Source of the DNA: Candidatus Woesearchaeota archaeon
GTDB lineage: Archaea > Nanobdellota > Nanobdellia > Woesearchaeales > UBA9642
Length of the DNA stretch: 64,000 nt
Reading direction: 5' to 3'
Assembly (NCBI GenBank): GCA_041658255.1
Contig: JBBAAQ010000001.1
Span: forward strand, 100,368-164,367
The position numbers were made by a program, and so were the translations under genes. Under the pieces are notes generated by a model. The model was given only the letters and a program-made list of their open reading frames with translations, made no database searches and was not told where the DNA came from. How positions within the stretch are numbered: position 1 is the stretch's first letter; each line of letters opens with the position of its first letter. This document shows, one piece after another, positions 20,411 to 30,593 of the stretch.

Positions 20411-20467
20411 CGCATTTTACATTTACGTTGTTTTATTCAACCCATCAAGAATCCGGAAGATTTCCGA
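20411..20467 (-). promoter_or_regulatory. conserved upstream motif, copy C (upstream of the Fic gene)
   Basis: contains GGAAATCTTCCGGATTCTTGATGGGTTGAA on the minus sense, plus a degenerate copy of the TAAAT-rich part. Confidence 0.45.
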
Positions 20468-21064
20468 AGCGACCTCGGGGATGGGTTTATTACCATCAAC
20501 CGTATAGAAGATCCCGTCTCTGTGATAGAGTGGTGTTATTGCGGTTGTCTGGGAATAATAGATTTGAAGTCGCTTCCTGATCTGTTCAGGTTTATCATCA
20601 TCTCGCTGGACGAGTGGCGAATGGCACTTGTCACATTCTCCATCAATCTTCGGCTTTAACGTGATAAGATTATATCCCTCACCACATTGGGTACACACTC
20701 TCCGACTTGATATTCGTGCAATGATCTCATCTTCAGGAAGTGTGATCTCTATTGCTGCATTTATTTGGAAATGGGATTTCAAGAATTCGTATTGTGCAAC
20801 ATTGCGCGGGTATCCATCAAGAACGATCCCGGTCTTGAAATATTCTGCATGTGCAAAAATGACTTCGTTTGTTTTATCGTCAGGGATAAGTTCTCCAAGA
20901 ACATTGATCGTATGATCAATCCATTTGCCGAGTGCTGTTCCTTTCTTGATCTCTTGCCGGAATGCATCACCAGTCGAAAGATGCTTGAGTTGGTAATGCT
21001 CTGCAACACGTTGAGATTGTGTCCCTTTACCTGATGCCTGTGGTCCAAAGATGATGATGTTCAT
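20423..21064 (-). CDS. adk: adenylate kinase (long type with Zn-finger lid)
   Basis: P-loop GPQASGKGTQ; lid CTQCGEGYN..CDKC; 213 aa. Confidence 0.9.
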   Translation of the reverse strand: MNIIIFGPQASGKGTQSQRVAEHYQLKHLSTGDAFRQEIKKGTALGKWIDHTINVLGELIPDDKTNEVIFAHAEYFKTGIVLDGYPRNVAQYEFLKSHFQINAAIEITLPEDEIIARISSRRVCTQCGEGYNLITLKPKIDGECDKCHSPLVQRDDDKPEQIRKRLQIYYSQTTAITPLYHRDGIFYTVDGNKPIPEVASEIFRILDGLNKTT

Positions 21065-21221
21065 AATGTTTGCCTTATTGAATTTTCTTAAATGTTAGCG
21101 TCGTTCGCATTTAAATATTTTTATCGAAGGAAAAATTCTCCACTTGCAATCCTGAGAATTTTTCGAGAGTAATAGGTTTAAGATGCTCACACATTGACGC
21201 CAACATATATATTTTCCTTTT

Positions 21222-21725
21222 CTATCCGAAATACCCGATGTTTCCTTTCTTTGCAATCGCACTCCAGGATACTTTCATTTTCTTAATGATTTGGAGCATA
21301 TCAGGTTTGAGTGATGAGATCTCTATATGCGTAAAGTCAATGGTTGCAATCATATCCTTTTCTTCATTTTCGACGATTGATCGCAGAATCTCCCTACTGA
21401 TAATCATGATTTGTTTATAGAGTTCAAAGAGTTTAGATTTTTCTGTGTCAGAAAACGCCGAACATTCATAGAGCGCAGAGAATTCTTCGGGTTGCATGAT
21501 TTGGATAATGATCTTCTCATAGAATTCGAGCCGATCAGCCATGCGGTGTAATACCTGCTTAAGTGTCGTGTCCTCAGGCGAAATGTCGTATTCTTTTTCG
21601 AATATATTAAACGATGAAAGTTTTGATGCAAGAGGGTGCTGAGGTGTTGTTTTGTTTCCGGTGTTTTCCGGCGTTTTCTGTGCATCCTGCGTATGCGCAA
21701 GCGGAGTCGTGATTTTCTTTTCCAT
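21222..21725 (-). CDS. hypothetical protein
   Basis: 167-aa ORF; preferred over the overlapping 21404..21733 frame, which is Arg/Lys-biased. Confidence 0.4.
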   Translation of the reverse strand: MEKKITTPLAHTQDAQKTPENTGNKTTPQHPLASKLSSFNIFEKEYDISPEDTTLKQVLHRMADRLEFYEKIIIQIMQPEEFSALYECSAFSDTEKSKLFELYKQIMIISREILRSIVENEEKDMIATIDFTHIEISSLKPDMLQIIKKMKVSWSAIAKKGNIGYFG

Positions 21726-21760
21726 GACACCAAGAATACGAGAGTAATTTTTAAAGTTGT

Positions 21761-22159
21761 TTATTTTTTAGGCGTGTATACTATGCTACGTAAGATATAA
21801 TCTTCAAGACTGAACTGTTTTTTTCGCTCGCTGAGTTGCGGATCTATTTTTACTTTATATTTGTTCTGTTCAGTTTTACCAATATAGATCTTATTAAAGT
21901 GGATATATCCTTTCAGAGATTCTAGGCTGAACGCTTCATACTGTATGCCATTACTTCCTTCAAGAATCCCTTTAGCGAGTTGTTGCTCGTCAAAAATATT
22001 TTCTAATTGTGTGATTATTTTGCTTTTAATTTCACGTATTTTGCTTGGTTTATTAATAATTAAAAAATACCATTTTACTGCATAATTATTGTCGATCATC
22101 TGGCCCTTTTCTCTAGCGTATCGTAATTCACGTTTAACATATTTGATGGGTGGTGTCAT
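21761..22159 (-). CDS. hypothetical protein
   Basis: 132-aa ORF; overlaps the upstream gene stop (operon with 22156..23343). Confidence 0.4.
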   Translation of the reverse strand: MTPPIKYVKRELRYAREKGQMIDNNYAVKWYFLIINKPSKIREIKSKIITQLENIFDEQQLAKGILEGSNGIQYEAFSLESLKGYIHFNKIYIGKTEQNKYKVKIDPQLSERKKQFSLEDYILRSIVYTPKK

Positions 22160-23343
22160 TTTCTTTCAGATGAATTGCTTTGCAGCAACGGTATCTCTCC
22201 AATAACATATGCATTGAATAAGATGTGATTCTGTGTGCGGAGAGAAACATGATCATATTTTCCCCACGGGTTCATAAAAAAGATCTGATTTCTTATTGCT
22301 TCATATATATGTAATGTCTCATGATCGAATCGGGGGAATGGCGAAGCATTAATATATGTTTCTTTTGCACGTTTTTCATGATGTTCTTTTTCCTCTTTTT
22401 CGAGGAGCATAAATCCAAGGATTTCCTGGGTGGACCACTCTTTTTTTGCTGATATATCTTTTCCTGTTGAACAGTCCCTCCATATCCAAAACGATTCCCC
22501 GCAAAGGTCTGTGTAAGGATTATCTGAGATTTCAACAGGCAGATAGTGGAATGTCATGGGTTGTGAGCTGCGGAGTGTCGCATTCGGAACGTAAACTGTT
22601 CGTGAGCTGTCAGTCATCCTCTTATAATATCGTTCACGATTAGTTTTCTCTGAGAATTCTTTCCTGACGAATTTTGTGCGTTCTCTTCTGGTCATTGAAA
22701 AATCAAAACCGAACTCCCCGTTTGATTTTTGTTCTAATCTTTCAAAACTATACATCGGAATAACATCTTTTTCAAGATCAAGATATTCTGTTACGCTGAG
22801 CGGATATGCTGCATCCGTCTGCCGTATCGCTTCTGCAACTGTTGAGAACATAAATTTTTTCCAGAATGGCTTATTCGTTGCTTCATATGCAACGCCGGTG
22901 ATTGTCTCGAGCAATTTTCCTTCGTTCTGATAGTATTCATCCCTGAGTTTTTCTTGGAGCAATAATTCTGATGCAAGTTTATCTTCAATGACTTTTTTTC
23001 GGGGTTTATCTTTATTGATGAAAATATGCTTACTTTGCTGGCTGATGAGTGTATTATAGTTTATGGGAACAATAAGCGCAGTTTCAGGATCAAGATTCAT
23101 ACACGCATGGACGAGATCTTTTTCAAATGAAATTCTGCCTTTATTTGAAGATATTTGGATTTCAGGATCGACTTGGAAGTCCTTGCTTTTTGGAAACGCT
23201 TCGTAGAGTGGTATCTGAACAATATGTTGCAATTTTTTCCACAGTTCCTGCTTTTTAAGCATTGTATCTGAAATCATTCTATCCTCAATGTAACTAAGTA
23301 AGAGTAGTAATTTTATAAAGTTTATTCTTTTTTGGAGAAACAT
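22156..23343 (-). CDS. hypothetical protein
   Basis: 395-aa ORF. Confidence 0.45.
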   Translation of the reverse strand: MFLQKRINFIKLLLLLSYIEDRMISDTMLKKQELWKKLQHIVQIPLYEAFPKSKDFQVDPEIQISSNKGRISFEKDLVHACMNLDPETALIVPINYNTLISQQSKHIFINKDKPRKKVIEDKLASELLLQEKLRDEYYQNEGKLLETITGVAYEATNKPFWKKFMFSTVAEAIRQTDAAYPLSVTEYLDLEKDVIPMYSFERLEQKSNGEFGFDFSMTRRERTKFVRKEFSEKTNRERYYKRMTDSSRTVYVPNATLRSSQPMTFHYLPVEISDNPYTDLCGESFWIWRDCSTGKDISAKKEWSTQEILGFMLLEKEEKEHHEKRAKETYINASPFPRFDHETLHIYEAIRNQIFFMNPWGKYDHVSLRTQNHILFNAYVIGEIPLLQSNSSERK

Positions 23344-23393
23344 TTTTAAACTTCTCTGTGCGCCTATACATATTGCCTTCGAGGTGATTTGTT

Positions 23394-24551
23394 ATGCGTT
23401 CAATTAAAGAAATGAATTTGGATAATAAACGTGTTCTGCTCAGAGCAGATCTTGATGTAAAAATTGATGAAACAGGAGAAATCGTGTCAGATATTCGGCT
23501 TCAAGAACTCATTCCAACTATTAAATACATCCTTGAACATAACTGCAAACAGATTATTCTCATAGGGCATTTAGGCAGACCGGGGGGAAAAATTGTTGAC
23601 AAATTCAAGATGGATAAGGTGGCGCTCCGACTGGAAAAACTACTGGGAATGATTGTCGTAAAATTGGATGATTGTATTGATATAAAGATTCCCGATGCAA
23701 AAATTGTTGTACTCGAAAATCCGAGATTTCATCCTGAAGAAGAAATAAATGATGAAACTTTTGCAAAGAAGCTTGCTTCCTGCGCGGATGTATATGTAAC
23801 TGATGCATTTGCAACAGTACATCGTGCGCATGCGTCGACTGTTGGGGTAACAAAATTCTTGCCGGGGTGCATCGGTTTTATTATAGAACGGGAACTAAAA
23901 AATCTTGATCTCAGCAATCCACAACGTCCGTTCATCGCCATTCTTGGCGGCGCAAAGATCTCAACAAAATTCGGAGTCATCAAAGAACTCTTAAAAAAAG
24001 TTGATTACCTCCTCATCGGCGGCGCAATGATGTTTACATTCTATAAAGCAAAAGGATTTGAAGTCGGTAAAAGTCTTTACGAAGAAAGTTTTGTTGCAGA
24101 AGCAAAATTCTTGTTGAATAACGAAAAAATCATCCTACCCGACGATGTTCTCGTTGCAAAAGAGATCAAAAATGACAGTGAAATTACTGTTGTTGCTGAT
24201 TGTGAAATGCCTAAAGAACAGATCGGTCTTGACATTGGTCCTGAATCAATTCAGGTATTCAAAGATTATATTAAAAAGTCGAAGACTGTTTTCTGGAATG
24301 GTCCACTCGGCTATTTTGAAATCGAAAAATTCGCAGAATCGACACGGCAGATTGCAGAGTATCTTGCAGAATCCGGAAAGGTCGTGATTATCGGCGGTGG
24401 GGATACGGAAGACGCAGTCACGCCCTACAAAGAAAAATATACGCATGTCTCAACCGGTGGCGGCGCAAGCCTCGAATACATCTCCGGAAAAGAACTTCCC
24501 GCAATCAAGGCATTGAAAGAAAATGAGATAGAATTTCATACTGTGCTGTAA
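23394..24551 (+). CDS. pgk: phosphoglycerate kinase
   Basis: 385 aa; N-terminal KRVLLRADLDV, hinge and C-terminal GGGASLE motifs typical of PGK. Confidence 0.9.
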   Translation: MRSIKEMNLDNKRVLLRADLDVKIDETGEIVSDIRLQELIPTIKYILEHNCKQIILIGHLGRPGGKIVDKFKMDKVALRLEKLLGMIVVKLDDCIDIKIPDAKIVVLENPRFHPEEEINDETFAKKLASCADVYVTDAFATVHRAHASTVGVTKFLPGCIGFIIERELKNLDLSNPQRPFIAILGGAKISTKFGVIKELLKKVDYLLIGGAMMFTFYKAKGFEVGKSLYEESFVAEAKFLLNNEKIILPDDVLVAKEIKNDSEITVVADCEMPKEQIGLDIGPESIQVFKDYIKKSKTVFWNGPLGYFEIEKFAESTRQIAEYLAESGKVVIIGGGDTEDAVTPYKEKYTHVSTGGGASLEYISGKELPAIKALKENEIEFHTVL

Positions 24552-24563
24552 TTATGGTTCTTG

Positions 24564-25142
24564 TTATTTGTTTACAATCTGCTCAATAAAATTTTTCAAA
24601 ATAAGTTTTGCATTTTTTTCTTCAATTTCTACTTCTGGATGAAATTGCACACCGTATATGTTTCGCGTGGGATGTCTGAGTATTTCAACACCGTCTGACG
24701 AGGTTGCAAGCGTAGTTAAGAATGTTGTTTTGGGAAGGAACCATTTATGCGCTTCGTATGCGCTGAACTGTTTTGGAATAGCCTCGCACAGGACGTCCCT
24801 TCTTTTGATCGTTATGATGACTTCTCCACAACGTTTTTCTCTTTTTTCTAGGGCCTCACCGAATGTGTGTGCGATAATTTGGAACCCCAGGCAAATTCCG
24901 AGAATAGGTTTTTTATATTTTTTTACTAATGCTATTTCAGACGCATATACGGCATTAGATCCTTTATTAACCGAAAGAATATCTGAACCTCCTGAGAGAA
25001 TAATGCCGTCATAATTCGTATAATCTGCAAGTGTTATTGCATCAAACTTTTTCACCGTCGGAGTTGTTTGAGAAAACAGTCTTATTTGTGCAATAAGTTT
25101 GTCAAGATGTAGTGAGTTATTATCAATGATGAGAATTCTCAT
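24564..25142 (-). CDS. class I glutamine amidotransferase (GuaA subunit A / PabA-like)
   Basis: MRILIIDNNS..; catalytic ILGICLGFQI and VQFHPEV. Confidence 0.7.
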   Translation of the reverse strand: MRILIIDNNSLHLDKLIAQIRLFSQTTPTVKKFDAITLADYTNYDGIILSGGSDILSVNKGSNAVYASEIALVKKYKKPILGICLGFQIIAHTFGEALEKREKRCGEVIITIKRRDVLCEAIPKQFSAYEAHKWFLPKTTFLTTLATSSDGVEILRHPTRNIYGVQFHPEVEIEEKNAKLILKNFIEQIVNK

Positions 25143-25148
25143 TACCGA

Positions 25149-25634
25149 TCACTCTTTCTTCGGTCTCTTCCGTTCCTCGCTCCGCAAATACATTCCCTTA
25201 TCCACAAGTCGTTTGATGACTAAATCTTTTCCTTCCTGTTTGAAAAGTCCGTAACCGAGGTTTTCATTGCGTGCATTCTGGACGAGTACAAGTCCTTCTT
25301 TTAATTGGTTTGGGTTGCGTACGATGGATGTTTCAAGGACACTGCGTCCACATAAGAATAACCCTTCTGCTTTCGGATTGATAAAGATTTTCTTGCGGTT
25401 CGCATCTTCAAATCGGGAAATGATGTCGATTGCTGCAGGGCTTGGCATGAAATGTTTTTGCGCCTCACCTAAAAATATCCCTGTCGCAAAAGGGTCGCGC
25501 ATGATCTTTTCGCGCAGCTCCCAGATATCATCATTGACTAAAAAGTAATTCCGTGCGATACTATGGACTCCTTTGATCTCTTGATCACTGAATTGTTTGG
25601 TAAATGCATGGAATAGTTGTAGGTCAGAAGACAT
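25149..25634 (-). CDS. PUA-domain RNA-binding protein (putative)
   Basis: C-terminal IFINPKAEGLFLCGRSV..EGLVLVQNARNENLGYGLF resembles a PUA fold. Confidence 0.45.
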   Translation of the reverse strand: MSSDLQLFHAFTKQFSDQEIKGVHSIARNYFLVNDDIWELREKIMRDPFATGIFLGEAQKHFMPSPAAIDIISRFEDANRKKIFINPKAEGLFLCGRSVLETSIVRNPNQLKEGLVLVQNARNENLGYGLFKQEGKDLVIKRLVDKGMYLRSEERKRPKKE

Positions 25635-25714
25635 ATGTTTTCCTCGATATAGAGAGATTAAGTTGGAGGTTTATATAGTTAGTGGTATCTTCGAGTTAAG
25701 AATTAGACAACACT

Positions 25715-27676
25715 TTATTTCTTCCCGCTCTTTTCAAGAACTTTAATGGTTTCTTCGCGGGTCTTGCATTCGCCAACTTTCTTTGCAAGGGCATTCCTAT
25801 TATTGAGGATGAGCCAGCTCTCGAAATCATTCTTTGTCTTTGTCACATATTCGTTGAATGAAGTGTCGCTCATCTTCTTTAATTCTTCAAGAAGTTCTGC
25901 CTCATAACGTACGAGTACTCCAGAATTGAGTTTGAGGTATTTATCGACAATATCGTCCTTTTTCAAGAGATGCTTCATTGGCTTTTTGCTGATATATTGT
26001 ATCTTACTCATCTTTTGGATGATGAGAACGAGTATGATTCCGATGATGATGTATCCTGCAAGGAATGCAAAATCCATTTGTATGTCTGGCCACTTTGCAT
26101 TAAAGATCGTGATTTTTTTAAGTGTTTCAGATGCAATAACATAGGGGTTATAATGCGCAATCTTTTGAACAGCAAGAGACATGTTTTCGACAGGGAGGAC
26201 TAAATTTGAGAGGAAGAGAAAGACACTTCCCACAGAAATTGATGCCATAGTAACTGCTTCCTGACTCTTGAAGAAGTATCCGATAATCATTCCGATAATC
26301 GTGAAGAGTGCAATGGAAACAAAGATGAGGAGGACGGTAAATCCGATATTCGTACTCAGACCTGCTTCAAGAAAGTAGTATGCAAGTAGTAGTATCAGGA
26401 TGAGTTGTAAAATGTTTACGAATATACTCGTCAAGAATGTTGATATGATAAATGTGAGATCTTTTGTTGGTGTGGTGAAATTCCTGAAATAGGCTTTTGA
26501 CGTTTTTTCCATGATGATTAAATTACTCGAGAGCATGATGCTGATAAAGACAATGATGAGAATAATGAGATAGGGAAAGATGAAATTAAGATTATTTGAT
26601 TTTGTACTTACCGGTTTGATTGTCGTCGTAATCGGATTGACGATACTTTCTGCAGAAGTAACCTTTATTGCGTTAATCTGCGCGTTGAGTGTTTCAACAG
26701 ACGATTTCATACTCTCGAGATTTGTCTTGATTTCTGCAAGATTAGTCTTCATTGCAGTAATTTTTGTGGTAGTGTCTGCAGTAGTGGTTTTAACAGTATC
26801 GAGTTTTTTATTGAGTTTATCAACATCAGTTGACATTGCAGCAATCGAACTCTTGAGTGCTGCGACATCCGCATTGGTCTTGTTTGATTGATTGGTAATT
26901 TGTGCCCGGTATGTTTCGAGTTCGTCCTCAAATACATTCTGTCGTGATGAGTTGTCAACTGTTACATCGTCAAGAAAATCCTCACTTGCGCTGATAATAG
27001 CAAGGCCCTTACTTTTAAGCGCAGCAACATCAGTTTCTACTGCAGTGAGTTGAGTGTCTGCATTACCGGTACTTAAACTGCTTTTATTCAAATCAAGACT
27101 GCCAAGTTTTGTCTGCATATCAGTAAGTGTTTTCGTCAGGTCATCAGTTGCTGCTTTAAGTTTGATAATACGGAGCAGATTTTCGCTATTGGTCTTCTTT
27201 GCGCTCTCAATTGTCGAGATGAGATCATTCGTCATCTGATAACTGAGTTTATTAGAAGTGAAATCTATTTTTGAAGAGACCGTTTCAATAACTGCATAAA
27301 TGAAATTGGTACGTGATTGGTCAACATAGAATACGATTTCATTCGTCTTATTATTGCTGATCGCAAAATCCTTTGGGAAGATGATACAGACATGTGCATT
27401 ACCCTGTTCAATCATGTCCGTACATGATTCTGTAGTCACGTATTCAATCACTGCAAAATTAGTATTGCTTTTGAGTGCATTCAAAAACTCATTCGTGAGA
27501 TTGGTTTTTTCAGGTGCAACATACCCGATATTGAGTTTTGACGCAGTCGGATTATTGAATGCGAAACCGACAAGGAGCATGATGAGGAGCGGTCCGAAGA
27601 TGACGACGAGTATGGATGTCTTTGACCGCATCAATAATTTAAGATTTTTTCCTACAATTTTAATTATTTTTTTCAT
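25715..27676 (-). CDS. ABC-2 family permease, YhgE/Pip-like (large extracellular coiled-coil domain between the N-terminal TM and a C-terminal TM bundle)
   Basis: 653 aa; N-terminal TM, long T/S/K-rich coiled-coil repeats, five or six C-terminal TM helices; adjacent to an ABC ATPase. Confidence 0.6.
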   Translation of the reverse strand: MKKIIKIVGKNLKLLMRSKTSILVVIFGPLLIMLLVGFAFNNPTASKLNIGYVAPEKTNLTNEFLNALKSNTNFAVIEYVTTESCTDMIEQGNAHVCIIFPKDFAISNNKTNEIVFYVDQSRTNFIYAVIETVSSKIDFTSNKLSYQMTNDLISTIESAKKTNSENLLRIIKLKAATDDLTKTLTDMQTKLGSLDLNKSSLSTGNADTQLTAVETDVAALKSKGLAIISASEDFLDDVTVDNSSRQNVFEDELETYRAQITNQSNKTNADVAALKSSIAAMSTDVDKLNKKLDTVKTTTADTTTKITAMKTNLAEIKTNLESMKSSVETLNAQINAIKVTSAESIVNPITTTIKPVSTKSNNLNFIFPYLIILIIVFISIMLSSNLIIMEKTSKAYFRNFTTPTKDLTFIISTFLTSIFVNILQLILILLLAYYFLEAGLSTNIGFTVLLIFVSIALFTIIGMIIGYFFKSQEAVTMASISVGSVFLFLSNLVLPVENMSLAVQKIAHYNPYVIASETLKKITIFNAKWPDIQMDFAFLAGYIIIGIILVLIIQKMSKIQYISKKPMKHLLKKDDIVDKYLKLNSGVLVRYEAELLEELKKMSDTSFNEYVTKTKNDFESWLILNNRNALAKKVGECKTREETIKVLEKSGKK

Positions 27677-27691
27677 CGTTACGTATCTTTT

Positions 27692-28810
27692 TTATTTTTC
27701 TTCTTTCTCGTCTTCAGATTTCTTTTTAGCGCCTTTTCTCATTTTTTCGACAAGTTTAGTCTTTTCTTCCATGAGTTCTTTATCGTCTTCAGCTTCTTCT
27801 TCTTTATCTTTTGCAGATTCAGTAATAAGAATGAATATTTCGTCCAGTGTGGGTTTTGTGACTTTGAGATCAATAATGGTCTCTTTATGTTTATCGAGTT
27901 TTTTCATTAATTCCTGCAGGACAAGTTCAGGTTTTGAAGTATGAATAACAAGTTTAGTTCCGCGATCCTCAATTTGGGCGATTTCCTTCATGATGTCCTT
28001 ATCTTCAATATCCGCGATGAGATTATAATTTCCCGGGAATGTTTCAAGATGGATCTCTTCATGTTTGCTGAATCGTTCTTTAATTTCATTAGGTGTTCCT
28101 GTTGCAAGAATTTTTCCCTCTTTAAGAATTGTAATACGTGAACAGAGATTCTCGAGTTCTGTCAAATGATGTGAGGCAAGAACAATTGTTGTTCCACGTT
28201 TATTGATTTTACGTACAAGTCTCCAGATATGATTCCGTAAGAGCGGGTCAAGATCCGCAGTTGGTTCGTCCAGGATTAGGATTTTTGGGTCATGGATGAG
28301 CGCGCAGGCAATGTCAAGTCTTCGTTGCATACCGCCAGAAAGGTTTTTTGCGAGTCGGTTTTCAGCGCCTTGTAAATCCATGAGATTAATGAGTGTTATC
28401 ATATTGGATTTAAGTGTATCCCGATGAAGCCCGTAGAGTGTTCCAAAATACAGGAGATTTTCTTTGACGCTCAAATTATCATAGAATGAGGACGTCTGGC
28501 TCGCCATGCCGATGACCTTTTTTAATTCCTCATGATGGCTATGTACAGACCTGAAGATTTGTGAATCTTTATGTTCAAGAAGATGTTCTCTGCGGAATAA
28601 TACTTCACCGGTGTTTGATTTCAGAAATCCGACGAGAATATTAAGCAAAGTCGTTTTTCCGGACCCTGATGCGCCAATAATCCCAAAGATTTCACCGGCG
28701 TTAATCTCGAGATTGATATCATCAAGAACAATCCGACGATCATAAGCCTTCGATACCTCTTTTACCTTAAACACTGGCGTAGCCATAATACACTCATACC
28801 GATACTGCAA
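27692..28810 (-). CDS. ABC transporter ATP-binding protein with an acidic/basic C-terminal tail
   Basis: Walker A GASGSGKTT, signature LSGGMQRRL, Walker B ILILDEPT. Confidence 0.85.
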   Translation of the reverse strand: MQYRYECIMATPVFKVKEVSKAYDRRIVLDDINLEINAGEIFGIIGASGSGKTTLLNILVGFLKSNTGEVLFRREHLLEHKDSQIFRSVHSHHEELKKVIGMASQTSSFYDNLSVKENLLYFGTLYGLHRDTLKSNMITLINLMDLQGAENRLAKNLSGGMQRRLDIACALIHDPKILILDEPTADLDPLLRNHIWRLVRKINKRGTTIVLASHHLTELENLCSRITILKEGKILATGTPNEIKERFSKHEEIHLETFPGNYNLIADIEDKDIMKEIAQIEDRGTKLVIHTSKPELVLQELMKKLDKHKETIIDLKVTKPTLDEIFILITESAKDKEEEAEDDKELMEEKTKLVEKMRKGAKKKSEDEKEEK

Positions 28811-28996
28811 GTATATAAATATTTCGCTGATATTTCGTTGATGCAGTTTAATAAAAAATTGATGCCATGAGTGGTATTTGCTGTTAAAATCGTTCTATTA
28901 TTGTTTATTCTATTGTGAAGCACAATAGTTATTGTATCTATGTTGCAGTGATTAAGAAAAGATAAACTATTTAAACAGGGTATCGTTCTCTTTACT

Positions 28997-29437
28997 ATGG
29001 ATAAGAAATCAGCAGTCGTTATTTGGGATAATAAGAATTATTATGACGCTATTAAAGAGTTTTTGGTGGCATCTGGATATATGCCCAGTTATATTAAAAC
29101 TTCTGAGATAAAAACCCCTAAATTTAACATCCTTGATTTGCAACCGGATCTCGTTATTCAGCAATTCTCACATAGCAGGATGGGTCCTGCAGCAGACTAT
29201 GCTTTCACAAAGAGAATAATGCATCTGACTAAGGATAGCAAGAAAAACATTGCACTGCTTGTGTTAGATATATTGCCTAAATATGATAAAGCGATGGAAC
29301 TGGTGCGTCAATCACATGAAATATTGTCAGGTAGCAAGGTTCAATTTTCGTATGATGAAATGGTATATGAAAAAGAGAAGTTCATGAAATATTTGACTGA
29401 CGAATACTGGAACGCACCGGCACGTAGTAGGGGTTGA
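28997..29437 (+). CDS. GATase1-like / flavodoxin-like-fold paralog A lacking the nucleophile Cys (putative pseudo-enzyme)
   Basis: 146 aa; paralogous to 29448..29882 (shared ..KNNYY.., PDL(V/I)IQ(Q/E)F, LLVLD.LP.Y.KA.EL, ILSGSKVQF); no GxCxG. Confidence 0.4.
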   Translation: MDKKSAVVIWDNKNYYDAIKEFLVASGYMPSYIKTSEIKTPKFNILDLQPDLVIQQFSHSRMGPAADYAFTKRIMHLTKDSKKNIALLVLDILPKYDKAMELVRQSHEILSGSKVQFSYDEMVYEKEKFMKYLTDEYWNAPARSRG

Positions 29438-29447
29438 GGATATTAAT

Positions 29448-29882
29448 ATGGATAAAATAGCAGTCGTTGTTGGGGAGAAGAATAATTATTATAACAGTAT
29501 TTGGGCGTGGCTGAATGAATCAGGATATACGCCTTTTTATCTTAATGCTTCTTTGGTAGATAACATCTCGGGTTTGGAGCCGGATCTTATTATTCAGGAA
29601 TTTCCTGATGTGTCTATGAATCACGAACGGGAATATGCTATTATAGAAGAGACAATGAATTATATTAAGAGCAGTACGAAGGATATTTCACTGCTTGTGC
29701 TAGATGCATTGCCTAACTATTCTAAAGCAGTGGAATTGCCGAAGCTATCACAGAAGATATTGTCAGGTAGCAAAGTTCAATTTGCGTATGGTCGGCGTAC
29801 GGATAAAAAGGAAAAGTTCGCAGAATACCTGGCTTGTTTGCAGAAACAATCCGGAACAAATGTACCTCTCTTATTAGGTTGA
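29448..29882 (+). CDS. GATase1-like / flavodoxin-like-fold paralog B lacking the nucleophile Cys
   Basis: 144 aa tandem paralog of 28997..29437; separated from it by 10 nt. Confidence 0.4.
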   Translation: MDKIAVVVGEKNNYYNSIWAWLNESGYTPFYLNASLVDNISGLEPDLIIQEFPDVSMNHEREYAIIEETMNYIKSSTKDISLLVLDALPNYSKAVELPKLSQKILSGSKVQFAYGRRTDKKEKFAEYLACLQKQSGTNVPLLLG

Positions 29883-29976
29883 TGAACTTTATTAATTCTG
29901 ACAAGCAAATCATTGAGGATAATATCTCTGTATAATAAGTAATCACTTTTTTAAATCCATTCCTATTATATATATT

Positions 29977-30543
29977 ATGATCCTTCTCATCAACATCTGC
30001 AAAGAAGAGATGCATTACTTAGAATTCGTGCAGCCAATCATCGATATCGTGAAAGAGACGCAGACACTATATATAGTGAAGCATTACACGCAATTGACTG
30101 ATGCGATTATTGATGCTGCAGAGAAGATCATCATCTGTGGTACCTCACTGCATGATTTTGCATATCTCAACAATCTCGATGCGTTTGATTTCTTGCAGCA
30201 AGATGATTTTAACAAACCAGTCCTTGCAATCTGTGGCGGCATGCAGATTCTTGCACTCCAATTCGGATGCAAACTTGATGATGGACAAGAGATCGGATTG
30301 CAATCCGTTCTATTTGAGAAAGAATTTTTAGGGATACAAGGAATTCGCGAAGTTTATTGTTTACATAAGAAGATTATTGTCGAGGATGTAGTGTTCAAGA
30401 AGAATTTCATCGTCAGCGCACGAACAGACTGCGTACAAGCAATAACGCATAAAGAAAAACCATTCTATGGAACGCTCTTCCATCCTGAAGTGCGGAATAA
30501 GGAATTGATGAAGAATTTTTTAATAGCGCATCATACTAGATAG
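29977..30543 (+). CDS. class I glutamine amidotransferase-like protein (catalytic Cys/His/Glu present)
   Basis: LAICGGMQILALQFG (nucleophile elbow) and LFHPEV. Confidence 0.6.
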   Translation: MILLINICKEEMHYLEFVQPIIDIVKETQTLYIVKHYTQLTDAIIDAAEKIIICGTSLHDFAYLNNLDAFDFLQQDDFNKPVLAICGGMQILALQFGCKLDDGQEIGLQSVLFEKEFLGIQGIREVYCLHKKIIVEDVVFKKNFIVSARTDCVQAITHKEKPFYGTLFHPEVRNKELMKNFLIAHHTR

Positions 30544-30593
30544 AATTCTTGATATTCGTAGTGATAGGGTTCATAAGAGAATATGTGATTGTT

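Noticed and set aside
21404-21733. Alternative 109-aa frame (Arg/Lys-rich) overlapping the 21222..21725 gene
   Set aside because: It has extreme basic composition and the same strand is better explained by the 167-aa frame.
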